NCBI GenBank assembly: GCA_963662435.1
Contig: OY759598.1
Location: 712,507 to 776,506, forward strand
DNA length: 64,000 nucleotides
Direction: 5' to 3'
Origin: Dehalococcoidia bacterium
Lineage (GTDB): Bacteria; Chloroflexota; Dehalococcoidia; Lucifugimonadales; VXLM01
Below the pieces are notes generated by a model. That model worked only from the letters and a program-made list of their open reading frames with translations. It was not told the DNA's origin and did not search any database. The position numbers and the translations under genes were made by a program. Shown one piece after another: positions 1-9,457 of the stretch. Numbering within the stretch: the stretch's first letter is position 1; each line of letters starts with the position of its first letter.

Positions 1-2818
1 GGTCGCGCTTGAGAATCTCTGAATACCAAAACTCATCTGGTGGACCTGCTAAGAACACTTCGCGCCAACGAGCTCGTCCTGCCTCGGAGAGGTCGGACAA
101 TTGTGTTTTCCCCGCCCCGCACACGATAGCTAACGCTGAGTCGCGCGCAACTATCGGGTTCGGAGCATCCAATAGGCGCTCGACGGTCTTAGCGTCCACC
201 TCGCCTCGTACGAGCAGCCACTCAATTATGTCGTGGTGCTCCCCACCCAGTCTTGAAATTCCTTTGGCCTTGAGACCCTCGTCGACGGGGTGCGTGAGAA
301 TGATCTTCAAGGCTGCCCACGAGTACCAATCGTCATCGAGAAGCTCCGCCAACACGCCCTGACAACCCACGATGTCATCATTGATGGAACGTCGAAGGAA
401 CGGCACCAGCAGATCGGGGGAGGCTCGACGTCGGACGAGCGCATCTATCCAGTTGAGCGGCTCGCCACTTGACTCGGCGAAGAGTTGCGCCAGACGTGGC
501 GTTAGGCGTGGGTATGTGATTCCGGCGGTGGTGGCCTCCAGGTCAGATCCATGCAGAACTTCAATCTTCTCATCTATCGGTCGCGACTCTAGATCATGGG
601 CCAACGCAACGACTGCCGCATCGGCGCTCCGCTGCCATTCTTCGTAATCTTCACTTCGCCGATCCTGAGGAAACAGGACTTCGAATTCACGCGGAATCGC
701 AATTTCAAGATCGAACACCACGCCGTAGGAAATGAGCTGTTGCAGCACGCCCGGGCGTTCGGCGAAAATGTTCGCCAATTCCTCAATGACGCGCGGGGCA
801 ACTCCGCGAATCGCGCGCTCCGCAGCCTCAAAAGATGACCCTCCCGGGGCTAGAGTCCTCGGAAAGACCCACGAGTGCAATTCGGCGATTAGCGGCCCTA
901 CGGGGCCGTTCTTTTCCCGTTCAACGATTCCAAGAACCCGATACCAGAGTGGGACTAGCCCCGCCACGATCTCCGGTGGCAACGGAGCCTCCATGATGGT
1001 GAATGTGTTCCCAAGCCCAGGATCCTGATGTGTTTTGCGCCTCTGGGGTCGTATCGCGTGTGCCAGGGCGCGAATTCCGACTCCAACGTCTCCACCCGCT
1101 TGGAGCCAGCCATCAATTGCCTCGATTGCGGCCTTTCTGACTTCGACCGGTCGGTCGGATGCCGCAATGTGATCGCCTATGGCTCGCAATGGGTGGTTTG
1201 GAGAGTTGTGCTCAGGGCGATAGTCGCCGACCGCTGATTCCAATAGCAGAGTAAGCGAGGTGTTGGGGGCAATTTCCGCGCGGTGGGCTTGCCGAATGAT
1301 TTCGGCTCGGAATTGCGGCCAAAGCTCAAGGGCCTCTTGGAGTTCCTTTGTGCCCAAGAGAGCAAAGGCGACGGTTGACTCAGAGTCGCGGTCATCTACG
1401 AGGTCGCGTACATATTTGTGATCGAGTTCTGCGCCGCGGTGAATCGCACCCAACAGTGGGGCTGCGGCTTGCCGAACGTCGTCTAAGTGCTGTAGCGAGG
1501 CACTCAGGTCGAGCGAACCCGCACCCGACAGATAGACGTCCCGCACTAGGGCGTATCGCAAATCCTCTGGCTGGACACGAAGGCGAACAACCTGGTCAGC
1601 GATGTGAGCCTCATCCAGAGTTCCACCAGACGCAAGACCTCGAATCAGCTCGGCTACATTGGGCTGAGCAATTCCAAGCGCATGGCCGACCTGGGTGAGC
1701 GTGGCTCCGTAGTGTCCTGAAAGCGCAAGGAATCCGAGCACATATCTGCTTTCGACACCGATCGACCTCGAATACCAATCAACGATGTCACGACGGAGCA
1801 CATCACCAGATGTAACCTCTCTCAAGCCGCCCGACAGCGACACGTGTGCAAGGGTGACCGCGAGTCCAACGCGGCCGCGTGCCTGATCCACAAGATGTGC
1901 TTGAAGTGCGACCGGCCCCAAAATGCCCATCTCCTTGATGACTTTGAGAATCTGATCGCGTTCAAGTTCCCTGATCTCGAATTGCGCGGCACCGGGAAGC
2001 GATCCTGAAACTTCTCCTACTCTTCCCGGCCAAGTGACGGCCGCTATCGTGAAATCTGTACTCATCTGAGTCCGAAGCTGCCGTAGCCTGATCAGTCGAT
2101 CTCCCTTAAGGTGAGCATCGTCGACCACGATCCTCGACGGCTGCATGTCCAGAACGGCATCTTCAACCTCTTGGATGGCCCAGCCGTCGTCAAATAGTCC
2201 CCAGTCATCATCCATGAGTTGCTGAAGTAGAAACGTTTTGCCTATTCCGGGCTTTCCGATGACAACAACATCGGATTCAATTGTTTTCAACTGCTCAAGC
2301 TCTTGGTCTCTTCCGACGAGGGGAATCTCCGGCGTAGGGCGACGGGTGGCAGGCAACTGAGACAGCGCGCGGGCTTGACCAGGAACTCCGAGAAGCTTTC
2401 GCCGCCAAGCCGCGTTTCTATAGAGCCCCGCAATGAAGTCCGCACGACTATGGACGGCAGCTAGGCGGACACCGAACTGGTGGCGAAGTTGTTGGTCTAG
2501 CTCGAGCCAGCGACGACCCGTGACTGTCCTCGAGGTCGCCAACACGACCACGCGACGATCACCACCAGCATCGATGTGACTCTTCACACTGCGCTCGAGA
2601 TTTCCACGGACGTCTTGCTGGACGGTGGCTACAAGGAAGAATGGGGTACTGTCAGCAAGTTCCCCTATTCCGTCCATCCCCGCGTCGTTACCGCCCTCGA
2701 CCGGGCGCAGCGTCGGGTAGTAATCTCGCAACAGATCGACAGCACATCGCTCGAATGTTGCGCCGTCGAGCGGTTGGGCGATTGCTTCACCAATTGCGCG
2801 ATGCAGCGTGTCAGGCAT
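1..2818 (-). CDS. STAND/AAA-type P-loop NTPase with an N-terminal Mrr-like (restriction-endonuclease fold) domain and a long C-terminal helical region; the C-terminus lies beyond position 1
   Basis: Manual minus-strand translation from ATG 2818-2816 (GGAG 9 nt upstream) stays open to position 1 (>930 codons). It is absent from the ORF track because there is no stop in the window. Motifs: MPDTLHRAIGEAI..VEGGNDAGMDGIG (Mrr-catalytic-like), Walker A VVVIGKPGIGKTFLLQQL, Walker B RIVVDDAH, then about 650 aa of helical sequence. Confidence 0.7.
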   Translation of the reverse strand, partial: MPDTLHRAIGEAIAQPLDGATFERCAVDLLRDYYPTLRPVEGGNDAGMDGIGELADSTPFFLVATVQQDVRGNLERSVKSHIDAGGDRRVVVLATSRTVTGRRWLELDQQLRHQFGVRLAAVHSRADFIAGLYRNAAWRRKLLGVPGQARALSQLPATRRPTPEIPLVGRDQELEQLKTIESDVVVIGKPGIGKTFLLQQLMDDDWGLFDDGWAIQEVEDAVLDMQPSRIVVDDAHLKGDRLIRLRQLRTQMSTDFTIAAVTWPGRVGEVSGSLPGAAQFEIRELERDQILKVIKEMGILGPVALQAHLVDQARGRVGLAVTLAHVSLSGGLREVTSGDVLRRDIVDWYSRSIGVESRYVLGFLALSGHYGATLTQVGHALGIAQPNVAELIRGLASGGTLDEAHIADQVVRLRVQPEDLRYALVRDVYLSGAGSLDLSASLQHLDDVRQAAAPLLGAIHRGAELDHKYVRDLVDDRDSESTVAFALLGTKELQEALELWPQFRAEIIRQAHRAEIAPNTSLTLLLESAVGDYRPEHNSPNHPLRAIGDHIAASDRPVEVRKAAIEAIDGWLQAGGDVGVGIRALAHAIRPQRRKTHQDPGLGNTFTIMEAPLPPEIVAGLVPLWYRVLGIVEREKNGPVGPLIAELHSWVFPRTLAPGGSSFEAAERAIRGVAPRVIEELANIFAERPGVLQQLISYGVVFDLEIAIPREFEVLFPQDRRSEDYEEWQRSADAAVVALAHDLESRPIDEKIEVLHGSDLEATTAGITYPRLTPRLAQLFAESSGEPLNWIDALVRRRASPDLLVPFLRRSINDDIVGCQGVLAELLDDDWYSWAALKIILTHPVDEGLKAKGISRLGGEHHDIIEWLLVRGEVDAKTVERLLDAPNPIVARDSALAIVCGAGKTQLSDLSEAGRARWREVFLAGPPDEFWYSEILKRD

Positions 2819-3364
2819 GCGAACGCACTCCAGAGAATGGACTAGAGACTCAGTCTAGCATCCCCGTGGTTCCCTTGAGTGATCATACGGCTCTAGTTCC
2901 TCATCACGTAGGGAGACGGTACGCATTCTCAGCGATTTGGAGGTCTGACAAAAGCGTTGAATTCCATCGTCTCAGGGATGTGGCTGGGCATCGAGAGTGC
3001 ATAGACAGATCCCTCAGCCAGAGCGCGTTGGAGCGAGAGGGCACAAAAACAAAGTCTGTCAGAGCCCATCTGAACTGGGAGTGTCGATAATGGAAGCAAC
3101 TTTGCTTTGCCAAGAGCACCGCCTCATAGTCGACCAAGAGAAAGCAAAGGCAGGCTTCGAACCGGAGGAGTCATCAACGCCGTGATCTCCTTCATCCCTA
3201 ATGGTCAATGTTACCGGAAGCGGTAGTGGAGTCAGTGATTCCAAGTATCTACTGGGCCAGTTAACTCCAAGCACCCATCATGAAGGGATGTCCGTCAGAA
3301 GGGAAGCGTCTTTCAAGGCATCTACGTTCCCCGCAACATCACTGACTACTGCGGCAGCTTCATG

Positions 3365-3660
3365 GATGTAATCCCTTTCGAGGGATTACATCGAGAGGCC
3401 CACTGTAATGCAATGGGGGCGTACAGGGAATCACGTTTTGAGACAAGTTGTACTTCAGGGCCGATGCGAACCTGAAACAGGGTGAAATCACCCTCCTACA
3501 GGACGTAAGCGGGGAACACCTTTTGTCAGGGGCCGGTTGCGGCCGGCTGGTACATCAGTCGTAGCTGAGAGTGTCCATGTTGTACCACCCGGACAAGGGT
3601 CTGGTGTGTACATGAACCGTAGCTGAGGGTGTACATGTTGTACACAGGGAGACGGGACGG
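3365..3660 (+). repeat. Structured leader, copy D, of the HTH/coiled-coil gene family
   Basis: Perfect 12-bp stem with TTCG loop (GATGTAATCCCT ttcg AGGGATTACATC, 3365-3392). Shares CTACAGGACG..GAACAC(C)TTTTGTCAGGGGCCGGTTGC with the leaders at 24.1, 48.6 and 50.9 kb. Two 38-39-nt direct repeats (3550-3588, 3608-3645) lie just upstream of the ATG. Confidence 0.6.
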
Positions 3661-4509
3661 ATGACGTTGGACGAAACGATCACTCAAGACAGCGGCAACA
3701 CTGAGGAGTTGCACCATGACCGGCTCATGGCGCTCCTTCACGACCTCGTGCGGAATCATGGCGGTCGCAGGGGTGCCGCGAGGGTGCTCGGGGTCGACCG
3801 CCGGACCGTTGCAGCGTGCATGGGCGGTAAGGGTATGGCCTGGCGGATTCGTGAGGCGTTGGAACGGGCGTTTCAGGAGGGAGTGGGTTCTGCTGCGGAG
3901 CGGGAGCGAAGGCGCAACGAGGACCTCGAACGGCGTGTGGAGCAGTTGGAGGGATGGAGGGAGGCTTTGATGGAGGAGACTGGCCATGGTCTCGAATCCG
4001 TCGCGGGCGAGGTGGATGCTCTGCGGGAGGAGTATACTCGGAAGTTTGGCCAAGTGGAGCAACGACTGGCACGGGTGGAGGCGCAGCGGGGGTTCAACAA
4101 CGAAGTGGAGGACCCTGACCAAGCAGGAGCGCCGGCGGTAAGAGCCACTGAACCGCGGCGGTACCCCGACGTCGTGACGAAGGATCCTGCGCCGGATGAT
4201 GAAGAGGTCTTTGGTGCGGCGTGGCCGCTCATCGACGAGTGGCGTGGGCTGCGGGAAGGGCATCCCAACCAGGGCAAGAGTCTCTCGTGGCTGGCGACCG
4301 AGGAGCGCATCCGCGAGCTGGAGGTCGCCATGCTGGAGGATCACGGGCTCACTCTGCCCCCTGAGACGGAGCCGCTGCGAGGCCTCGACCGGAGCTCCCA
4401 GCTGAACTGGCGGAGGGAGACTCTCTGGGAAGTTCGTGCCGCGCGGGCCGGAAGGGAACTGCTGCGTTCGGTGGGAGAGGTCCTCACCCTGGGACTGTGG
4501 CGGAGGTAG
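3661..4509 (+). CDS. HTH plus coiled-coil protein, repeat family member (copy D, 282 aa)
   Basis: ATG start. LMALLHDLVRNHGGRRGAARVLGVDRRTVAACMGGKGMAWRIREALERAF is HTH-like, followed by a coiled coil. C-terminus ..ELEVAMLEDHGLTLPPETEPL..VLTLGLWRR. Paralogs at 51229-52098 and 53060-53295, with more distant ones at 24472, 25185, 48931 and 49643. Confidence 0.7.
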   Translation: MTLDETITQDSGNTEELHHDRLMALLHDLVRNHGGRRGAARVLGVDRRTVAACMGGKGMAWRIREALERAFQEGVGSAAERERRRNEDLERRVEQLEGWREALMEETGHGLESVAGEVDALREEYTRKFGQVEQRLARVEAQRGFNNEVEDPDQAGAPAVRATEPRRYPDVVTKDPAPDDEEVFGAAWPLIDEWRGLREGHPNQGKSLSWLATEERIRELEVAMLEDHGLTLPPETEPLRGLDRSSQLNWRRETLWEVRAARAGRELLRSVGEVLTLGLWRR

Positions 4510-5096
4510 TCTTTCAGGGCGCACGAGCGCTTAGGGTATTCAGAACACTTCGGGCAGGGGTCTGGACATCAGCACTGTTGTTCGTCAACAATGGAAACAG
4601 TTTCAGGCTTTTCCAGCGTTTCCTGCCCTAGAAACCTGGAGGATTCGAGTCCCTGAATCCGGGACCGGTTGCACAGGATCGAGCACTGCGCTCTCCGAAC
4701 AGCCGCCCAAGGGGTCCTGATCGGAAGGATTGAGCATAGCTCTCCCGACGGTCTCCCCGGTGGGACTTTTTGTAAATGGTTGGAGCCGCTTACACGCTTC
4801 AACCCTACGGACACTCAGGTCGGAGTGCTGCCCGCACCCTGACCTGTCCACTCATGTCTGCGGCGCAACCGTCACGCGGTTGGGTCGCAGCTTCGACACG
4901 CGCCGGTCTGCGATAAACGCTTCGCAGGCTGGCCGCTTCACGTCTCGCAGTTTTCCCCACTGACCTTTTGTTCACCCTGGGCCGAGCTGCGTCTTCTTCA
5001 CCCGGTCTCCCGTGTCATCGCGTCGTTGACGGGTCGGGTGCGTGTTTGGAACGGAATCGCGGAGTCAGGCTGATGAGAAAAGGAGGTAACGGCTGT

Positions 5097-5609
5097 ATGG
5101 ACGAAACAGGGACACAGGCATCGGAAGGAGGTACGGACATGGCGGAACGGTACATCGGACCCAGTGCGAGGCGGATCGCAGACCTGCTGCCCCATCGCGT
5201 GAGCTTCGAGCGGGATTGGTTCTGGACCACGACGGCGATCTGCCACGGCGGCAAGTCTGACGCGTTGGCATTTAGGCAGCGACCGGACGGCGAGGGAATT
5301 GACGTTCGGTGCCGCACCGGCTGCTCCCCTGGACTGATCATTACTGAGTTGGAGGTGCTGATCGGTCAGCCCATCTGGGCTGCCTACGAGTCAGTGGGCG
5401 ACGAGGCGGTCAAGGCCCCCGTCACGCGACAGTGGTGGACGAGAAAGCGGTTCGTCGTGGCCGGGGTTGTCGCCCTGGTCGTCGCGGCGCCGCTGTTGCT
5501 CGGCCTGGGGCTGGAGACTACGGTCCTCAACCTCGTCGGGCTGGGCATCGTGGCTTTGCTGCTTCGACGGTTCCTCGTGGGCCGCGCGTTGCGGAAGCTC
5601 CGACGCTGA
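5097..5609 (+). CDS. Small protein with a primase-like Cys/His zinc motif and a C-terminal transmembrane segment
   Basis: AAGGAGG 8 nt upstream of ATG 5097. Motif CHGGKSDALAFRQRPDGEGIDVRCRTGC. Hydrophobic stretch VVAGVVALVVAAPLLLGLGL... Confidence 0.55.
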   Translation: MDETGTQASEGGTDMAERYIGPSARRIADLLPHRVSFERDWFWTTTAICHGGKSDALAFRQRPDGEGIDVRCRTGCSPGLIITELEVLIGQPIWAAYESVGDEAVKAPVTRQWWTRKRFVVAGVVALVVAAPLLLGLGLETTVLNLVGLGIVALLLRRFLVGRALRKLRR

Positions 5610-5650
5610 CGGCACGGGCTCAAGCACTTCGCAACTCACTTCACTCGTAC

Positions 5651-5688
5651 AAGGGTCGTCTCCATCCGGGGGCGGCCCTTCTTCTTTG
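5651..5688 (+). terminator. Rho-independent terminator candidate
   Basis: AAGGGTCG (5651-5658) pairs with CGGCCCTT (5673-5680, one G-U), followed by CTTCTTTG; lies 40 nt after the stop at 5609. Confidence 0.45.
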
Positions 5689-5746
5689 CTCGCACGCGGG
5701 CGCACGGACTCAAGGAAACGAATCACAGGCACTAAGGAGGTGCACG

Positions 5747-6235
5747 ATGACGACGGCGACACTGGTGGCTCACGGACAGACGATGGATACGGCGGTAGTG
5801 CGGCAGAGGCATAGCCTCGAGGAGCTGGTGGACCAGCTCTTCTCAGCGATGGGGTTCGAGGACGAGACGGAAGTGGAGATAGTGGAGAAGGTCGAGACGA
5901 CCCCGACGCGCTCGATCCACGAGGCCCGGCGGCTCAGACAGGCGGGGGACGTCGACGGAGCTCTGGCTGTCCTCGCCGAAGTGGACACGGCGGGAGCGGA
6001 GACGAAGCTGGCGCGGTGGGCCTTCGCCGAGTGGAGGCAGCTGGTGAAGCGGCTGTTCGACGGCCGGGGCCCGATGGTCTACAGCCAGGGCACGGGCCGT
6101 GCTGCAGCGCTGGTGCCCACCGCAGACGACGGGACGCTGGAGGTCGTCGCGGTCCTGGGGATGCGCTGGCGGCCCGGCAAGACCGTGTCAGAGCGCAGCC
6201 TCCGGGGGTTGAGGCCCCTGACCGGGGGTGCGTGA
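5747..6235 (+). CDS. Hypothetical protein (162 aa)
   Basis: AAGGAGG upstream of ATG 5747. Its stop overlaps the primase start (TGATG at 6233-6237). I recognised no motif. Confidence 0.55.
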   Translation: MTTATLVAHGQTMDTAVVRQRHSLEELVDQLFSAMGFEDETEVEIVEKVETTPTRSIHEARRLRQAGDVDGALAVLAEVDTAGAETKLARWAFAEWRQLVKRLFDGRGPMVYSQGTGRAAALVPTADDGTLEVVAVLGMRWRPGKTVSERSLRGLRPLTGGA

Positions 6236-6457
6236 TGGTCGCGGGCAACACGACGGTTGACATCCCCGCTCTGAAGGCGCGGCACCCGCTCGCTGAAGTG
6301 GTGGAGTCTGCCGGAGTGAAACTGCGAGGGAGAGGCAGGGTCCGCCAGGGCTTCTGTCCATTCCACGACGAGGCGGAGGGCAGCTTCACGGTGTACGGAG
6401 ACTCGGAGCGGTTCTACTGCTTCGGTTGTGGTGCCGGAGGCGACGTGCTGGACTTCA
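6235..6457 (+). CDS. DNA primase, exon 1 (CHC2 zinc finger)
   Basis: CPFHDEAEGSFTVYGDSERFYCFGCGAGGDVLDF. Homology ends exactly at the GTGCG that begins at 6458. Confidence 0.8.
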
Positions 6458-6969
6458 GTGCGCCGCGTAACACGGCATAGGATACCCGACTCAATCGGGA
6501 AGAACTCGGAGAAAGTTCTTGGGCCAACCGACCTACCTCAAGGCGAAAGCTAAGGGGGAAAACAGCATGTCGGTAAAGCGGCTACAGTCCCAAAGCGTTG
6601 TAGGACTGGTTCCGCAAGGCCCGCGCGATACGGTGAAAGCTAAACTGCCTCAACCCCAGCCCCCAGACGGTGACTCAGCACACCCGCCGGTAGAACGCTT
6701 GTAACCCGGCGCCACTCATTGCCCTGGTCTGATGAAGTTACCAATGCAACTCCGATGAGTGAACGATGGCCAATGCGGTCATTCAAGGGGACGAACGGGG
6801 CACCTACAGTCGCGCTAGATACGTCCTATGTCGAAGGAACGCGGGATGGCCTACGGGGGGAGACCCCTATGGTCACGGAGTCCTCGTAGTAGTCCGAGCC
6901 GGGGAAAGCCCGGCACATGGCGAAGGAGGACAGGTGTCAACGACGAACAAACACAGAGAGGTATGCAGA

Positions 6970-8742
6970 ATGCAACAAGCCGAAACTGTACTGAACGTCA
7001 TACGCGAACGCGGAGAACGAGGATTGCCGCTGGAGAACATCTATCGGCTGCTTTACAACCGGAACCTTTACCTGCGGGCCTACGGACGTATCTACTCAAA
7101 CCAGGGGGCTACGACCAAGGGAGTCACCGCAGAGACCGTGGACGGTATGTCACTGGCGAAAATCGACCGCATCATCGAAGCCTTGCGCTACGAGCGGTTC
7201 AGGTGGACGCCGGTGCGACGGGTCAACATTCCCAAGCCTAACGGCAAGACCCGCGCCCTGGGCCTACCGACGTGGACGGACAAGCTGCTGCAAGAGGTCA
7301 TTCGGATGATTCTGGAAGCCTACTACGAGCCGCAGTTCTCCGACCGCTCCCACGGCTTTCGGCCCGGTCGGGGGTGCCACACCGCCTTGGGCAACGTGAC
7401 CACCCACTGGACCGGTGTCCGCTGGTTCGTCGAGGGAGACATCAAAGGGTGCTTTGACAACATCGACCACGATGTCCTGTTGTCGGTGCTCGGCGAGAAG
7501 CTCCACGACAACCGATTCCTACGCCTGCTCAAGTACCTACTGAAGGCGGGCTACGTCGAGGATTGGAAGTATGGCCGCACGCTGAGCGGTACACCGCAAG
7601 GCGGCATCGTCAGCCCCATCCTCTCCAACGTTTACCTAGACCGGTTGGACAAGTACGTCGAGAACATGCTCATACCAGCCCACACCGATGGCTCAGACCG
7701 GAGAGACAACCGCGAGTACACACGTTTGCTGAAACAGGCGGCTTACCAGAGGAAACGGGGGAACCACGCCAAGGCACTGCAACTGCGCAAGCAAATGCAA
7801 CAACTGCCGTCACGCGACCCCTACGACCCTAGTTACCGCCGACTGCGGTACGTGCGCTACGCGGACGACTTCGTGCTGGGTTTCATCGGGCCAAAGGCCG
7901 AAGCCGAGCAGATAAAGGAGTCCTTGGAAACATTCCTGCGCGACTCACTCAAGCTGGAGCTATCCAGGGAGAAAACTCTCATAACCCACGCCACCAGCCA
8001 GGCGGCGCGGTTCCTCGGCTACGAACTTGTAAACCAGCAGGCCCACGACCAGTTCGACCAACGGGGTCGGCGCAAGGTCAATGGCCGCATTGGACTACGA
8101 GTTCCCGCCAAAGTCATCGAACAACACTGCCAAGCCTACATGAAAAACGGCAAACCGATTCACCGCAGCATGCTGATCCACGACGAGGACTACTCCATTG
8201 TGGAACAGTATCAGTCGGAGTTCCGGGGAGTCGTCGAGTACTACAAGCTCGCCATGAACGTCTCCCATTTCGGGAGACTGCAATGGATCATGGAGTGGTC
8301 GCTCGCCAAGACCCTTGCGGCCAAACACAAGACCACGTGCCGGAAGGTGTTTCGGAGCTACAAGAGCTCCGTCCCAACCGACCACGGGCCACGTAAATGC
8401 CTCAAGGTCATCAAGGAGCAGGGCAATGGGAAACCCCCAAAGGTGACGCAGTTCGGTGGCATACCCCTGAAGCGGAATCGGCAGGCAGTCCTCGTAGACC
8501 AGCAGCCTCAGCGGTACAGGACTGACCGCAACGAGCTTATCAAACGGCTCCTAGCGGACAAATGCGAGATGTGCGACTCAACGGTGAAGGTAGAAGTTCA
8601 CCACATCCGCGCACTTCGCGACCTGAACGTGAAAGGCCAACGGGAAAAGCCCAAGTGGGTTCAAATCATGGCGGCGCGAAAACGCAAGACCCTCGCGGTC
8701 TGCCGGACGTGTCACATGGACATCCACCACGGGCGAAAGTAA
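6970..8742 (+). CDS. Group II intron reverse transcriptase/maturase with a C-terminal HNH endonuclease
   Basis: Motifs: MQQAETVLNVIRERG..RLLYNRNLYLRAY..TAETVDGMS..IPKPNGKTRALGLPTWTDKLLQE..SHGFRPGRGCHTAL..YVRYADDFVLGF (YADD), then CEMCDS..VHHIRAL..CRTCHMDIHHG (HNH). Confidence 0.9.
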   Translation: MQQAETVLNVIRERGERGLPLENIYRLLYNRNLYLRAYGRIYSNQGATTKGVTAETVDGMSLAKIDRIIEALRYERFRWTPVRRVNIPKPNGKTRALGLPTWTDKLLQEVIRMILEAYYEPQFSDRSHGFRPGRGCHTALGNVTTHWTGVRWFVEGDIKGCFDNIDHDVLLSVLGEKLHDNRFLRLLKYLLKAGYVEDWKYGRTLSGTPQGGIVSPILSNVYLDRLDKYVENMLIPAHTDGSDRRDNREYTRLLKQAAYQRKRGNHAKALQLRKQMQQLPSRDPYDPSYRRLRYVRYADDFVLGFIGPKAEAEQIKESLETFLRDSLKLELSREKTLITHATSQAARFLGYELVNQQAHDQFDQRGRRKVNGRIGLRVPAKVIEQHCQAYMKNGKPIHRSMLIHDEDYSIVEQYQSEFRGVVEYYKLAMNVSHFGRLQWIMEWSLAKTLAAKHKTTCRKVFRSYKSSVPTDHGPRKCLKVIKEQGNGKPPKVTQFGGIPLKRNRQAVLVDQQPQRYRTDRNELIKRLLADKCEMCDSTVKVEVHHIRALRDLNVKGQREKPKWVQIMAARKRKTLAVCRTCHMDIHHGRK

Positions 8743-8856
8743 TCCGCGCAAGCAAAAGTAGGTAGTGTCAGACCCCAAACAATTGAATACGGCCCTTACG
8801 AAGCAATTCCTCAACCTGATAAACTAGCCAGCCATCATGACTGGAGGTTGAGGCCG

Positions 8857-9231
8857 ATGCCCAGAGTGACCGTGCTGACTCTCGTCTCCCTCCTGACCAT
8901 TGCATGTGGTCAGGTCTCTAATCCTTCAGCCCTAGACTTCACGGAACGCACGGCCGAATACGAGGCCCTAGTTGAAGACTTCAACGACCATTGGCGTCTA
9001 GAAAGCAGGATGTGGGCGAGATGGACAACTGCGCACATCGATAGGGATTTCCGCATCCCCGAGACGTGCAAAGAAACTCTGGCGCAGGCGCAAGAGCGAC
9101 ATACGGTATTGAACGACGCCATGCTTTTAGCCAGCCTCGACGGAAACAGGCGTGAAGCCTATGACCTGTTGGGGAAGAAGATCGCCCAGCTAAAGGAACT
9201 TGACGGTGACCTGAAACAAGGCTGCCGCTAG
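8857..9231 (+). CDS. Lipoprotein-like small protein encoded inside intron domain IV, downstream of the RT ORF
   Basis: GGAGG (8840-8844) precedes ATG 8857. Signal/lipobox-like MPRVTVLTLVSLLTIAC-GQ. Local GC is lower than in the flanking intron. Lies between the RT stop (8742) and domain V (9361). Confidence 0.5.
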   Translation: MPRVTVLTLVSLLTIACGQVSNPSALDFTERTAEYEALVEDFNDHWRLESRMWARWTTAHIDRDFRIPETCKETLAQAQERHTVLNDAMLLASLDGNRREAYDLLGKKIAQLKELDGDLKQGCR

Positions 9232-9360
9232 GAACAGTCGACACCGACCTCTTGTGCATCCTCACGCAACCGCATCACTAGAAATGCACTGCGCATCATA
9301 ACACGTGGTGCCCTTAGGGTACCGCGCCTACCTGACGACACTACCCACACCGACACTAGA

Positions 9361-9394
9361 GAGCCGGATGCGGTGAAAGCCGCACGTCCGGTTC
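9361..9394 (+). ncRNA. Group II intron domain V
   Basis: GAGCCGGATGCGGTGAAAGCCGCACGTCCGGTTC matches the canonical 34-nt domain V hairpin (AGC triad, GAAA-type loop, 2-nt bulge). Confidence 0.85.
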
Positions 9395-9457
9395 GGAGGG
9401 GGGCCGACGGAAAAGTGCCCTGAACGCTCAGGGTAACTCGCCGGCGGCCTACCCTAC

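Larger units (their letters stand above)
6458..9457 (+). mobile_element. Group II intron (3000 nt) inserted in the primase gene
   Basis: 5' GTGCG. EBS1 TGAAGT (6733-6738) complements exon ACTTCA (6452-6457), and EBS2 CAGCAC (6676-6681) complements exon GTGCTG (6445-6450). RT/maturase/HNH ORF present. Domain V at 9361-9394. 3' end ..CCTAC at 9457. Splicing restores the primase frame. Confidence 0.88.

Noticed and set aside
3280-3520. A tRNA or tmRNA gene as integration target near the element boundaries (also checked around 19.7 kb and 52-53 kb).
   Set aside because: I could not fold any cloverleaf with a T-loop GTTCRANNC-type motif. The 3365-3392 hairpin is a simple 12-bp stem, not a tRNA arm set.
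6519-6969. Small ORF 6519-6704 and the 68-codon N-terminal extension (6766-6969) of the RT ORF.
   Set aside because: Both fall in the region expected to form intron domains I-III (it contains the EBS1/EBS2 sequences). RT homology starts at MQQAETVLN (6970).
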